From: an uncultured candidate division Zixibacteria bacterium
Lineage (GTDB): Bacteria; Zixibacteria; MSB-5A5; UBA10806
Direction of reading: 5' to 3'
Assembly: GCA_963817915.1 (NCBI GenBank)
Contig: CAWFQL010000017.1
Coordinates: forward strand, 320,001-384,000
DNA: 64,000 nucleotides
Position numbers and translations under genes: made by a program. How positions within the stretch are numbered: position 1 is the first letter of the stretch; every line of letters starts with the position of its first letter. Under the pieces are notes generated by a model. It was not told where the DNA came from. It saw only the letters and a program-made list of their open reading frames with translations, and ran no database searches. This document shows, piece after piece, positions 48,548 to 59,460 of this stretch.

Positions 48548-50049
48548 TATTACTTGTTGCTGATGATATAGCCAAATTTGATGCCGGCATGACAATTAAG
48601 CATCTTGTCAGGGGGCTTAAATTGGATTTGCCCTCCGAAGTCGCTGATATCAAGATTTCCGGTCTGACAGATGATTCGCGCAAGGTGAATCACGGAGATT
48701 TATTCCTGGCGATCCCGGGAAATTCAATTGATGGCAGAAATTATATAAATGAAGCGGCTTCCCTGGGCGCGTCGGCAATATTGACAACAACCGGCAAGAA
48801 ATTCGATGCCACTATTCCGATTATATATGTCGAAAATATTCGAAACGTCGTCGCAGTCATTGCCAGCCAATTTTTCGGCCAGCCTTCGGCCAAGATGAAA
48901 GTCGCGGGAATAACCGGCACGAACGGTAAGACAACAGTCACGTTCATGCTAGCTCGAATTTTCGAAAGCCTCGGTAAAAAATGGGGGAAGATCGGCACAA
49001 TCGGATATTATATAGGTGATCAGCTGATTCCGTCATCCAATACTACTCCAGGCTCTGTAGAGCTTCAACGTCACCTTGCGGAAATGGTTAAAATCGGCCT
49101 TGATGGCTGTGCCATGGAAGTATCGTCACATGCGCTCGATCAAAATAGATGCGATAGCGTGCAATTTGCGTCGGCGACATTTACCAATCTGACTCAGGAT
49201 CATCTGGATTATCATCCTAATATGGAAGCATACTTCATAGCCAAAGCGAGATTATTCGAAAACGCGCCCGTCTCGATTGTCAATATCGACGATCAATACG
49301 GAGTAAAATTGCATAATAGGCTCACATCCAAATGCATCACCTACGGAACGGATTCACAAGCTGATTTGCATTTTGAATCTATAAAAGCTGACGTGAATAG
49401 ATCTCTATTGAAATTCAAATATCAGGGACAGACCGCGGAGTTAGACCTGCATCTCCCCGGATGGTTTAATCATCAGAATGCCGCGGCCGCTATCGGTACC
49501 GCTATCGGATTGGGAGTACCATTCGCTCAGGCGGTTAACGGGTTATCTCAGGCACCAAGTGTCCCGGGCCGTCTCCAGCCCGTGAAGATGGGCCAGCCAT
49601 TCGGAGTGTATGTTGATTATGCCCACACGCCCGACGCATTAGAAAAACTACTCATGAGCCTGAGACGATTTAATCCTAAAAGATTGATAGTCGTATTTGG
49701 TTGTGGCGGTGATCGCGATAAGAAGAAACGGCCGTTAATGGGAGAAGTTGTATCGAAAAACGCTGATGTCGCTTTCGTGACATCCGATAATCCCCGCTCG
49801 GAAGAGCCTTCGGCAATTTTGAAGGATATTGTCAAAGGAATAACTGATAAGAAAAAGTGTCAGGTTATCGAAGATAGATCCCAGGCGATCAAAGCCGCCC
49901 TGTCAGTCGCAGGCGCCGGAGATATTGTCGTAATTGCCGGTAAAGGGCATGAAGAATATCAGATCGTTGGAAATGTAAGAAAATATTTTTCCGATATTGA
50001 GGTTTCAAAATCGGCTTTGAAAAAACTTGGATATGCCAGTAATGATTGA
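48544..50049 (+). CDS. murE: UDP-MurNAc-tripeptide synthetase (meso-DAP type)
   Basis: GITGTNGKTT, MEVSSH, DYAHTPD and DNPR (meso-DAP specificity motif). Confidence 0.96.
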   Translation: MILLVADDIAKFDAGMTIKHLVRGLKLDLPSEVADIKISGLTDDSRKVNHGDLFLAIPGNSIDGRNYINEAASLGASAILTTTGKKFDATIPIIYVENIRNVVAVIASQFFGQPSAKMKVAGITGTNGKTTVTFMLARIFESLGKKWGKIGTIGYYIGDQLIPSSNTTPGSVELQRHLAEMVKIGLDGCAMEVSSHALDQNRCDSVQFASATFTNLTQDHLDYHPNMEAYFIAKARLFENAPVSIVNIDDQYGVKLHNRLTSKCITYGTDSQADLHFESIKADVNRSLLKFKYQGQTAELDLHLPGWFNHQNAAAAIGTAIGLGVPFAQAVNGLSQAPSVPGRLQPVKMGQPFGVYVDYAHTPDALEKLLMSLRRFNPKRLIVVFGCGGDRDKKKRPLMGEVVSKNADVAFVTSDNPRSEEPSAILKDIVKGITDKKKCQVIEDRSQAIKAALSVAGAGDIVVIAGKGHEEYQIVGNVRKYFSDIEVSKSALKKLGYASND

Positions 50050-51421
50050 AAGCTCTAAGGCTTTATTTACGATTCGTGAGGTTGGTGAAATCTTGGGGTC
50101 ATCTTCGGAGGGGGATCCCGGATTTCACCAAACTCCTATATATGGAGTGAGTACAGATAGCAGGAATATCGAACCCGACGAGCTCTTCGTGGCATTGCAT
50201 GGTGCAAACCATAATGGCCATGATCATATTGACGAGGCGCTCGAGCACGGGGCCTCTGCTGCAATTATCGAAAAGAAGGAAGCATCCAAACGAAATCTAA
50301 AGGGGCCGAAATATATAGTTGTTGAAAATTCGCTTTATGCTCTCGGACAGTTGGCAAAATATTATCGGAATAAAATTGACGCGAGGATTATCGGTGTCAC
50401 CGGCTCCAATGGCAAGACAACTGTCAAAAATTTAGTTTATGAGATAATTTCAAATATCGCACCATCCTTAAAATCTCAAGGTAATTTCAATAATCTCATT
50501 GGATTGCCCAATTCGATTTTTTCATTAACTGAAAAGCATAAATACGCGGTTTTCGAACTTGGGATGAGCGCGAGGGGCGAAATCAGAAGATTGAGCGAAA
50601 TTGCCTCACCCGATATTGCGGTGATTACCAATGTCGGCCCGGTTCATCTTGAATTTCTGAAGACTATCGAGGAAGTCGCGAAAGCCAAATTGGAGATTAT
50701 CGAAAATCTAAAGTCAGGTTCTTACCTCGTCATCAATGGCGATGACAAACTCCTGACAAAAAATCTAAAGAAGGCCAATCTCAATATCATTAAATTTGGA
50801 CTGGCGCCTTCGAATGATATTTTCCCTTCGGAACTCGAATACGATAATGATCAAAAACCGCATTTTAAGATTGATAAATATGATTTTCACCCAAATCTGC
50901 CCGGTATTCATAATGTTTATAATATCCTCGCTGCCATGGGTGTAGCAAAGGCGTTAAATACAGATATGAAAAAAGCCGCCGAGGCGATCAACGCTTTTGT
51001 CCCTGAGGGGATGAGATCCGAAATTGTGCATGTTGGCGGTATGACATTATTAATCGATTGCTATAATGCCAATCCAACTTCCATGAAATTCGCGTTAGAG
51101 ACCTTATCAAAGATAAATACCTCCGGCCGGAAAATAGCGATTCTGGCTGACATGCTTGAACTTGGAGAGCATGCCTCAGACTATCACAAAGAAATTGGGT
51201 CGTTTGCAAAGAATAATGGCATCGATATCGTGCTTGCGTATGGGCCGTTATCGAAAGGTATTATCGAAGGATTTGGCAAGAGCGGGCGTCATTTTACGAG
51301 TAAACCCGAACTTATAAAAATACTTACAAATTATATCAAGCCCGATGATGCCATACTTTTCAAGGGGTCGCGCGGAATGGCATTGGAAGAAGTGGTCAAA
51401 GAGATAAGGGGAAAATTATAA
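50042..51421 (+). CDS. murF: UDP-MurNAc-tripeptide--D-Ala-D-Ala ligase
   Basis: TGSNGKTT, NFNN.IG.P, DCYNANP, DMLELG and KGSRG. ATG 50042 is preferred. Confidence 0.95.
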   Translation: MIESSKALFTIREVGEILGSSSEGDPGFHQTPIYGVSTDSRNIEPDELFVALHGANHNGHDHIDEALEHGASAAIIEKKEASKRNLKGPKYIVVENSLYALGQLAKYYRNKIDARIIGVTGSNGKTTVKNLVYEIISNIAPSLKSQGNFNNLIGLPNSIFSLTEKHKYAVFELGMSARGEIRRLSEIASPDIAVITNVGPVHLEFLKTIEEVAKAKLEIIENLKSGSYLVINGDDKLLTKNLKKANLNIIKFGLAPSNDIFPSELEYDNDQKPHFKIDKYDFHPNLPGIHNVYNILAAMGVAKALNTDMKKAAEAINAFVPEGMRSEIVHVGGMTLLIDCYNANPTSMKFALETLSKINTSGRKIAILADMLELGEHASDYHKEIGSFAKNNGIDIVLAYGPLSKGIIEGFGKSGRHFTSKPELIKILTNYIKPDDAILFKGSRGMALEEVVKEIRGKL

Positions 51422-51422
51422 A

Positions 51423-52508
51423 ATGCTTTATGATCTCTTAGTCCCATTGAGCAAGTACATTTCAGGCTTCAATCTATTTAAATACATTACTTTCAGAACA
51501 GCCTATGCGACAGTTACCGCCATGCTTATCAGCTTTCTCTTTGGCAATCTCTTTATAGCCTACCTTAAAAAATATCAGGTGCAGGAAAATATCCGCAAAG
51601 ACGGTCCCGATACGCATTTTAAGAAGGAAGGCACACCTACTATGGGAGGCCTTCTAATACTCGTATCGATAATAATCCCTTCACTGCTTTGGGCTGATCT
51701 CACCAATCGATATATTCACCTTGTCCTTTTCGTGACTCTATGGATGGGTTGTATCGGCTTTATGGATGATTATTTAAAAGCGAAGCGAAAAGAGCGAAAG
51801 GGACTTGTCGCCAGAAAGAAATTTGTGGGCCAGGTGCTTTTAGGACTTATTCTGGGCGCGGCGCTTTATTTCTTTCCACCGGATGCGGATTTTACTACCG
51901 CCACGGATTTGCCATTTTTTAAATCATATTATCTCGATTTTGGAGTGTTCTATATTCCATTTGTTGTTCTGGTAATTACCGGGGCATCCAATGCTGTAAA
52001 TCTAACAGACGGTCTCGACGGACTTGCGATAGGACTGGTAGGCATTTGCGCGTTAGCATTTGCGGGGCTGTGCTATATTACAGGCAGAATAGACTTTTCG
52101 CGATATCTTGATATCCGCTATCTAAAAGGCGCGGGAGAATTGACCATCTTCTGTGGGGCCATGCTTGGGGCGTGTCTGGGATTTCTCTGGTTCAATTCCA
52201 ATCCTGCAAAAGTATTTATGGGGGACACGGGCGCGCTCGCGTTGGGTGGCGCTTTAGGGGCCATATCGCTCCTTATAAAAAAGGAGTTCCTGCTGGTCGT
52301 AATGGGCGGCGTATTCGTGCTTGAAGCAGTCTCAGTCATAATACAGGTTTTATATTTCAAGGCGACCGGGAAACGGGTATTCAAGATGGCGCCCTTGCAT
52401 CATCATTTCGAATTATTAGGATGGAAAGAGCAGCAGGTCGTTGTCCGTTTCTGGATATTGGGGATTATTTTCGCATTGGTAACCTTAAGCACATTGAAGA
52501 TCAGGTGA
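51423..52508 (+). CDS. mraY: Phospho-N-acetylmuramoyl-pentapeptide transferase
   Basis: GTPTMGG, NAVNLTDGLDGL, FMGDTG and MAPLHHHFE. Confidence 0.98.
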   Translation: MLYDLLVPLSKYISGFNLFKYITFRTAYATVTAMLISFLFGNLFIAYLKKYQVQENIRKDGPDTHFKKEGTPTMGGLLILVSIIIPSLLWADLTNRYIHLVLFVTLWMGCIGFMDDYLKAKRKERKGLVARKKFVGQVLLGLILGAALYFFPPDADFTTATDLPFFKSYYLDFGVFYIPFVVLVITGASNAVNLTDGLDGLAIGLVGICALAFAGLCYITGRIDFSRYLDIRYLKGAGELTIFCGAMLGACLGFLWFNSNPAKVFMGDTGALALGGALGAISLLIKKEFLLVVMGGVFVLEAVSVIIQVLYFKATGKRVFKMAPLHHHFELLGWKEQQVVVRFWILGIIFALVTLSTLKIR

Positions 52509-52509
52509 C

Positions 52510-53870
52510 ATGTCTATCGATTTGAAAAATAAAAAAGTTTCGATAATCGGCGCCAAGAGATCGGGTATTGCCACGGCCGATGCTGTCAAATTATTGGGCG
52601 GAATACCATTCGTGAGCGATAACAGTCCGAAAAAAGACGAGCAGTCAGTTGCCCATTTCGAACAAAATGGTATTCAATATGAGTTCGGTCAGCATTCACA
52701 AAGAATTTATGATTGTGACTTAATGGTTGTCAGTCCCGGCGTGGCGGCCAACTCTGAAGTTGTAATCAATGCAAAATCGAAAAAAATAACGGTGCTGCCG
52801 GAAATAGAACTCGCATATCATCTCTGCAAAGGGAAGATAATCGGTATTACGGGCTCAAATGGTAAAACCACTACCACTGCACTAATAGGGGAGATCTTCA
52901 AAAACGCCGGTTTGCCAACATATATATGCGGCAATATCGGAAATCCCTTTATAGCCATTGCCCGCGATATTCCGGAAAATGGTTTTGCGATTGTCGAGCT
53001 TTCGAGCTTTCAACTGGAACTGACGGATAAATTTCATCCTCATGTCGCGATATTTTTGAATTTAACTCCGGATCATCTCGATCGTCATGGCAATCTGGAA
53101 ACCTATATTAACGCCAAGATGAAAATATTCGCCAATCAGGGATCGAATGATTACGCCGTGCTCAATCTCGATGATAAGACGTTGCTGGAAAAAGGCTCAT
53201 CTCTAAAATCAAAGACCATTTGGTTTTCGACAGTGAAATCAGTGCCTGATGGTATTTGGGCTAGTTCCGGGCGGCGGAATCTTTGTCGAGAATCAGGAAT
53301 TGATGAAAGTCCGACAAAATGCAGATTAAGGGTGAACATAATTTATCCAATGCCTGCGCCTCGATCTCAGCGGCGTTGTGTGTTGGTATATCAAAGAATA
53401 TTATTATAGATACGCTTAAGACATTTCCCGGGGTGGAACATCGACTGGAGCCTGTAAGGCTTATCGGAGGGGTAAGCTTTATAAATGACTCCAAGGGGAC
53501 CAACGTAGATTCCGTATTTTGGGCATTGAAAGCGATTTCCACCCCGATCATTTTAATAGCAGGCGGTAAAGATAAGGCCGGCGATTTTACGGCACTGAAT
53601 AGCCTGATATCTTCAAAGGTTAAAACTGTGATTGTTATCGGCCAGGCTGCCGCTAAAATTTCATCCGCATGGGATAAGCTCACCAGGTGCATCCCCGCCA
53701 TTACAATGGATGATGCCGTTAATGTCGCGTTCGCCAACTCTGCCAAAGGAGACACCGTATTGCTTTCCCCGGGTTGCGCGTCATTCGACATGTTTGATAA
53801 TTACGAACATAGAGGAAGGGTATTCAAAAAGGCCGTTGCCGATCTCGCTGAAAAGGTGGCTCACAAATGA
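52510..53870 (+). CDS. murD: UDP-MurNAc-L-Ala--D-Glu ligase, frameshifted at about 53270-53312 (about 452 aa if repaired)
   Basis: The N-part has GSNGKTTT, ELSSFQL and DHLDRH. The C-part (53319-53870) has GEHN..N, EHRLE, NDSKGTN and SPGCASFD. Confidence 0.92.
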
Positions 53871-54991
53871 TGGCATTCTTGGATGATCATCCGGATAAAG
53901 TTCTCATGGCATCCTCAACCATTCTTATGATGTTGGGAATAATATTTATTTATTCGGCGTCGGGACCTTTTTGCCAATTCCAAAATCATCCGACATGGTA
54001 TTTCCTGATGAGGCAATCAGCATGGGCCGCAGTTGCATTGATTGCTCTTCTGGTTGCTTATAGACTAGACTACGAAATTATAATAAAAATATCACCCTAT
54101 CTTATGATGTTTTCATTACTGGCATTAATTGTGGTATTTCCTCTTTCGAGCGCGAAGATCAAACGATGGATCAATATCGGCGGGTTTACATTTCAGCCAT
54201 CCGAATTATTCAAATTGGCTATGGTAGCATTCATGGCGCGTATTGCCGGCAAGAATATCGGAAAAGAAGAAGGCTACAAAAAACTATTCCCTACGTTGCT
54301 GATAGTGCTGTTTGGCACATTTCTCATTGTCAGAGAGCCTGATCTCGGCACATCATCATTGGTACTGGGTATCGCCGTAGCATTATTGTATCTGGCCGGC
54401 TTCCCCAAAAGATATCTTCTCGTTGTCGGGTTGATCGGAGTAATATTCGCGTCCATATTCGTCTTTGTAATAGGGTATGAAAAAAACAGGGTCTATGAAT
54501 ATACTGCCACTTTGGAGAATCCATTCGATTCCAAAGCCAGCTATCAGACCAGACAATCCCTTGTAAGCCTGGGTTCCGGTGGATTCATGGGCAAGGGATT
54601 AGCCAATGGAGGCCAGAAGCATCTGTTTCTTCCCGCGCGCCATACAGATTTTATACTGGCCTCATCCGCGGAGGAAGGCGGATTTCTCATCGTCGCGGTC
54701 ATCTTAGCGCTTTTCGGGCTAATCGGATGGTCCGGATACAAGATAGCAGTCAACGCGGTTGATCTGGAAGGGACATTATTGGCTTGGGGTGTCATGCTGG
54801 CATTGATAATGCAGGCCACGATCAATATCGGGGTCGCGATTGGGTTATTTCCGATTACCGGAATGACATTGCCATTTATGAGCTATGGCGGCTCTTCATT
54901 GCTGATATGTAATTTTTGCATCGGAATGTTGGGATCTGTCGCGAGACGGTCGAGATCGCCGCGATATTATTTCAAACGGTTCAAGAGTTGA
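53867..54991 (+). CDS. ftsW: SEDS peptidoglycan polymerase FtsW
   Basis: RWI..G.FTFQPSE, EPDLG, LPARHTDFI and LPFMSYGGSS. Confidence 0.94.
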   Translation: MMAFLDDHPDKVLMASSTILMMLGIIFIYSASGPFCQFQNHPTWYFLMRQSAWAAVALIALLVAYRLDYEIIIKISPYLMMFSLLALIVVFPLSSAKIKRWINIGGFTFQPSELFKLAMVAFMARIAGKNIGKEEGYKKLFPTLLIVLFGTFLIVREPDLGTSSLVLGIAVALLYLAGFPKRYLLVVGLIGVIFASIFVFVIGYEKNRVYEYTATLENPFDSKASYQTRQSLVSLGSGGFMGKGLANGGQKHLFLPARHTDFILASSAEEGGFLIVAVILALFGLIGWSGYKIAVNAVDLEGTLLAWGVMLALIMQATINIGVAIGLFPITGMTLPFMSYGGSSLLICNFCIGMLGSVARRSRSPRYYFKRFKS

Positions 54992-56106
54992 AAAAGGGCG
55001 ATGGCAAAATAGTGATTTTGTTTGCTGGAGGCGGAACTGCCGGGCATCTGATGCCTGCGATTAATATCGCTCTTGAGATGACAAAAGATGATAGTCGAAT
55101 CAGGCCGGTGTTTATCGGGAAAAAGGGTGGGATGGAAGCTGGAATCGTCGCGAATTTCGGATTCGAAATCAGAGAGATTGATGTTGTCGGATTCAAGCGA
55201 AGCATCAAAGGCGCATTTAATTTCATTTTTAAATGGCATAAAGGCGCGAAGCAAGCACAAAACGTTATGAAGGATTTAAATCCCGATGTCGTAGTCGGTA
55301 CCGGTGGATATGTTTCCGCGCCTGTCATTAATGCCGCTTATAAACTTGGAAAACCGATCTTTCTTCAAGAACAAAATAGCTTACCCGGTCTGGCTACAAG
55401 GTCATTGGCAAAAAAGGCGAATTTAATTTTTACGGCATACGAAAGTGCTTCCAGGTATTTGCCGGCTGAAAAATGCAAATCAATTGGTAATCCATTGCGA
55501 CCTGATATACTGGACGCCAATAAGAGCAAGGCTTATGAAATATTCGGCCTAAATCCTAACAAAAAGACGCTCCTTATTCTCGGCGGGAGCTCAGGGGCCA
55601 AGAGAATCAATCAAGCTATCCTGATGCTGCTCAATTCGAAATCGATACCTGACGATTGGCAAATCCTCTGGCAAACCGGCACGAAAGATTTTGATCAGAT
55701 AAGCAAATTAATCGATGTCAATAAGATCATTGGCAAGGTTGTGCCGTTCATAAAGGAAATGCCGTCCGCGTACGCAATAACCAACCTTATAATATCGAGA
55801 GCGGGCGCCATGGCATTATCGGAAATAACGGTCGTCGGGATACCGTCGATCTTGATTCCGTTTCCATTTGCCACCGGCGATCATCAGACATTAAACGCCC
55901 GTCAGATCGAGATCGCAGGCGGCGCGATCGTTATTTTGGAAAAAGATATCGAGACGTATTTAATTACATCATTGAAAAGCCTTTTTTCTGATAGTAAAAA
56001 GAGAATGCAAATGGCGCAGTCGGCCAAAAGATTAGGTCGTCCTGAAGCGTCAAAATTGATAGCGGAAACGATAATGGAAAAAATAAATGAAGTTCAAGCG
56101 AATTAA
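54988..56106 (+). CDS. murG: Undecaprenyl-PP-MurNAc-pentapeptide GlcNAc transferase
   Basis: GGGTAGH, GGYVS, EQNSLPG, GGSSGA, SRAGA and HQTLNA. TTG 54988 overlaps the ftsW stop. Confidence 0.95.
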   Translation: MKKGDGKIVILFAGGGTAGHLMPAINIALEMTKDDSRIRPVFIGKKGGMEAGIVANFGFEIREIDVVGFKRSIKGAFNFIFKWHKGAKQAQNVMKDLNPDVVVGTGGYVSAPVINAAYKLGKPIFLQEQNSLPGLATRSLAKKANLIFTAYESASRYLPAEKCKSIGNPLRPDILDANKSKAYEIFGLNPNKKTLLILGGSSGAKRINQAILMLLNSKSIPDDWQILWQTGTKDFDQISKLIDVNKIIGKVVPFIKEMPSAYAITNLIISRAGAMALSEITVVGIPSILIPFPFATGDHQTLNARQIEIAGGAIVILEKDIETYLITSLKSLFSDSKKRMQMAQSAKRLGRPEASKLIAETIMEKINEVQAN

Positions 56107-57460
56107 AACCCTGCATTTCGTTGGTATTGGCGGAACCGGCATGTGCGGTATCGCCGAGATTCTACATAATAGCGGCTATAAAATATCAGGCTCCGACCAG
56201 AAAGAAACTGAAACCACCGACCATCTCGCGAGCCTTGGAATATCCATAAAATATTCGCATGAGGAAGCCAATATCAAAGGCAGCGATGTCGTAGTAATTT
56301 CTTCCGCTGTCAGCGATGATAATCCAGAAGTGATCGAGGCAAGACGGGAGAAAATACCGGTTATCAGAAGAGCCGAGATGCTGGGCGAGCTGATGAGAAC
56401 AAAATTTTCGATTGCTGTTGCCGGTACTCACGGGAAGACAACCACGACATCTCTCATTGGCCACATTCTAAAGGCCGGCGGGCTCGATCCCACAGTTATT
56501 GTCGGCGGTAGGGTATTGGGAGTAGGCTCAAACGCTTATCTTGGCAAGAGCGAATACTTGGTCGCCGAGGCCGATGAATTCGATCGATCAATCCTCAAAT
56601 TCTACGCGACTATCGCTGTTATCACCAATATTGAAGCGGAGCATATGGAATGCTATTCGGGTATTGAAGACCTCGAAAATTGCTTTGTCGAATTCGCCAA
56701 CCGGGTGCCGTTCTTCGGCACTGTGATACTTTGCGCCGATGACGCTGGAATCAAACGAATTCATTCCAGAATTACTCGTCCAATTTTGACTTATGGGCTG
56801 GAATCCAGAGCGGATTACTCTGCTACAGAAATCCAGTTCACCGAAAATGGAGCCACTTTTACCTTAGTCCATAACGGTTCCAAAACACGCAAAGTTGAAT
56901 CCCGTTTAATGGGTTACCATAATATTAGAAATCTTCTTGCGGGTTTCGCAGTTGCAGATGATCTTGAAATCCCGATCGACGTAGTTCTGGAAGCGGCTAA
57001 AACATTCACCGGTGTTGGCAGACGATTGGAACTGGCAGGGGAGGCTGGTGGCGCGAAGTTCTATGATGATTATGGCCATCATCCCACTGAAATCAGGGCG
57101 ACCCTTGAAGGCGTGAGGTCGGTATTTGGCGGCCGCCTAGTGGCAGTGCTTCAGCCTCATCTGTTTTCGCGGACTCAAAAGCTATACAAGGAATTCGGCG
57201 CGGCATTTTTCGATGCCGACATGCTGGTGGTCCTCAATGTTTACCCATCCAGGGAAAAACCGATTGATGGAGTCAGCGGCAAATTGATAGCCGATGCCGC
57301 CAGACAGCTTGGCCATAAGAATGTCCTTTATGTGGAAAATAAAGACGAATTACCAAATATAATGCGAAATCAAATTAAGTCCGGCGACCGGGTCGTGCTT
57401 TTCGGGGCTGGAGATATTAATCGCTATACACAAAAAATATTGGAAAAGATAAGGGAATAA
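56087..57460 (+). CDS. murC: UDP-N-acetylmuramate--L-alanine ligase
   Basis: HFVGIGGTGM, AGTHGKTTT, EADEFD, DDYGHHPTE and QPH.FSRT. Confidence 0.97.
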   Translation: MKFKRIKTLHFVGIGGTGMCGIAEILHNSGYKISGSDQKETETTDHLASLGISIKYSHEEANIKGSDVVVISSAVSDDNPEVIEARREKIPVIRRAEMLGELMRTKFSIAVAGTHGKTTTTSLIGHILKAGGLDPTVIVGGRVLGVGSNAYLGKSEYLVAEADEFDRSILKFYATIAVITNIEAEHMECYSGIEDLENCFVEFANRVPFFGTVILCADDAGIKRIHSRITRPILTYGLESRADYSATEIQFTENGATFTLVHNGSKTRKVESRLMGYHNIRNLLAGFAVADDLEIPIDVVLEAAKTFTGVGRRLELAGEAGGAKFYDDYGHHPTEIRATLEGVRSVFGGRLVAVLQPHLFSRTQKLYKEFGAAFFDADMLVVLNVYPSREKPIDGVSGKLIADAARQLGHKNVLYVENKDELPNIMRNQIKSGDRVVLFGAGDINRYTQKILEKIRE

Positions 57461-58185
57461 TGCTAAAGATATTCTTGAGATTTTTGTTGTTGGTTCTTGC
57501 AGTGGCAGCAGGAAGGTTTGGATACGATAAAGCCGCGGATCTTTCAATTTTCTCCCTTAAGACCGTCAAGATTACGGGCAATTGGGGTATATCCGCCGAT
57601 TCTATGCTCGCCATTACGGGTTTAGAGAAAGGGAAATCGATCTACAAGCAGGACTTGAATTTCGCAGCAGACAGACTAATGCAGCAGCCGGGAGTGATAG
57701 AGTGCACGATCAAACGCGATTATATTTCTACTGTATTTATTGATATTAAGGTCGCTGAGCCGACATTGCTTTTCAACACTGGCGAGCTCCTCGCTCTTTC
57801 ACGTGAAGGAATGGTGTTACCGATTAGCCGAAAAATGCCGGTTCTTCCTCTGGTTTCCGGAAGAAAATTCGCGATGGCGAAATGCTATGACCAGGTCAAA
57901 GACCCTGATATCGCATATGCTATCAGGCTTTTTGATTCGCTTATGGGTATCGCGCCAGCATTATCTGCCCGTCTTTCGGAAATAAATTTCGGCAAGGATA
58001 ATATTCTAAGATTATATTTTTCCCCTAAGGGAACTGAAGTATTAATAGATCGCGGTGATATCGCTAACAGTGTCCGGAGATTATCGGCTCTCGCCGATTC
58101 CGGGCATCTGAATGAAAAGAACATACTCGATCTTCGCTATGGGCCGGTGACTGTTGAGACGCCCGGGAAAAAAGGGAATTCATAA
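57460..58185 (+). CDS. ftsQ: Cell division protein FtsQ/DivIB
   Basis: N-terminal TM, POTRA-like segment and C-terminal DLRY. Located between murC and ftsA. Confidence 0.8.
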   Translation: MLKIFLRFLLLVLAVAAGRFGYDKAADLSIFSLKTVKITGNWGISADSMLAITGLEKGKSIYKQDLNFAADRLMQQPGVIECTIKRDYISTVFIDIKVAEPTLLFNTGELLALSREGMVLPISRKMPVLPLVSGRKFAMAKCYDQVKDPDIAYAIRLFDSLMGIAPALSARLSEINFGKDNILRLYFSPKGTEVLIDRGDIANSVRRLSALADSGHLNEKNILDLRYGPVTVETPGKKGNS

Positions 58186-58186
58186 A

Positions 58187-59416
58187 ATGAAAAAAAGCGA
58201 AATTATCGTCGGACTTGATATAGGAACCACTAAAATTGGCGTAGTTGTCGCCGAGCCATCCGAGAATGGGACATTTAAAATTCTCGGTATCGGCAATTCT
58301 CCGGCTGAGGGATTGAAAAAAGGCGTAATAGTCAATCTCGAGAAGGCAATCGAATCCGTCCGTCAGGCTCTCGACGACGCTGAAATGACATCAGGCCAAA
58401 AAATCGAATCAGCTTATGTCGGTATTGCGGGCGATCATATCAAAAGTATCAATAGTCGCGGCGTTATTGCAATCGGCAAAAGCAGCGCGGAGATAATTGA
58501 TTCCGATATAGCCCGTGCGTTGGAAGCCGCTAAAGCGATAGCGATTCCATCTGACCGTGAAATTATCCATATCCTGCCCCAGGAATATACTGTAGATGAT
58601 CAAAATGGCATCAAAGATCCTAAGGGATTTTCCGGAATCAGGCTCGAAGTAGATGTTCACATAGTGACCGGCTCAGTTTCGGCAGTGCAAAATATCCTTA
58701 GATGCATCGAAAAAGCCGGCGTGCACGTCGATGAACTCGTTCTTGAACCTCTGGCGTCAAGCTATGGTGTCCTGTCTAAAGATGAAATGGAATTAGGCTG
58801 CGTGGTTATCGATATGGGAGGCGGCACTACGGATTTGGCTGTCTTCCACGAAGGCGCGGTCAAACATACAGCGGTAATCGGAATCGGCGGAAAGAATGTC
58901 ACCAACGATTTGGCCATAGGTCTGCGCACTCCGTTGGAGCAGGCAGAACAGCTTAAATGCAGCTATGGTTCTGCATTGGCCGCTTCTGTCGACGCTACTG
59001 AAATGATACAGGTGCCCGGCGTCGGTGGTCGAGAATCGAAAGAGGTTTCGCGCTCGGTCCTGGCTACCATAATCGAACCGAGGATCGAAGAGATATTTTC
59101 TCTTGTGGCCCGCGAAATGAAGAAAAACCAGCGAACCGAAATGCTGGCCGCAGGTGTAATTTTAACGGGCGGTGCCGCTCAACTTGATAGTGTCATAGAA
59201 TTAGCCGAGCAGGTTTTCGATATGCCGGCCAAGATGGGAATACCCACGAATTTCGACAATAGCTCGGAATTGGCCCCGGGGCCTGCCTTTGCCACTGGAA
59301 TAGGACTCGTTCAGTATGCGTTATCGAAAAATAAAATCGGTGTAAGAAGAGGAAAGCCGCGTAAATCGGCGAGAACTTTCGAAAAAATAAAGAGATGGTT
59401 AAATGAATATTTTTAA
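58187..59416 (+). CDS. ftsA: Cell division protein FtsA
   Basis: GLDIGTTKI, DMGGGTTD, LTGGAA and C-terminal amphipathic KIKRWLNEYF. Confidence 0.97.
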   Translation: MKKSEIIVGLDIGTTKIGVVVAEPSENGTFKILGIGNSPAEGLKKGVIVNLEKAIESVRQALDDAEMTSGQKIESAYVGIAGDHIKSINSRGVIAIGKSSAEIIDSDIARALEAAKAIAIPSDREIIHILPQEYTVDDQNGIKDPKGFSGIRLEVDVHIVTGSVSAVQNILRCIEKAGVHVDELVLEPLASSYGVLSKDEMELGCVVIDMGGGTTDLAVFHEGAVKHTAVIGIGGKNVTNDLAIGLRTPLEQAEQLKCSYGSALAASVDATEMIQVPGVGGRESKEVSRSVLATIIEPRIEEIFSLVAREMKKNQRTEMLAAGVILTGGAAQLDSVIELAEQVFDMPAKMGIPTNFDNSSELAPGPAFATGIGLVQYALSKNKIGVRRGKPRKSARTFEKIKRWLNEYF

Positions 59417-59460
59417 TATAACCCGACCTTCTGTCGGAGGGGATCTAAGGAAGGGGACTT

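Noticed and set aside
3555..53320. Programmed frameshifting or a shared methylation motif explaining the four split genes
   Set aside because: No slippery heptamers or long homopolymers at the sites, and no common flanking motif (tcaggct, gaatcgtg, ccattct, tccgggc, gtccgac).
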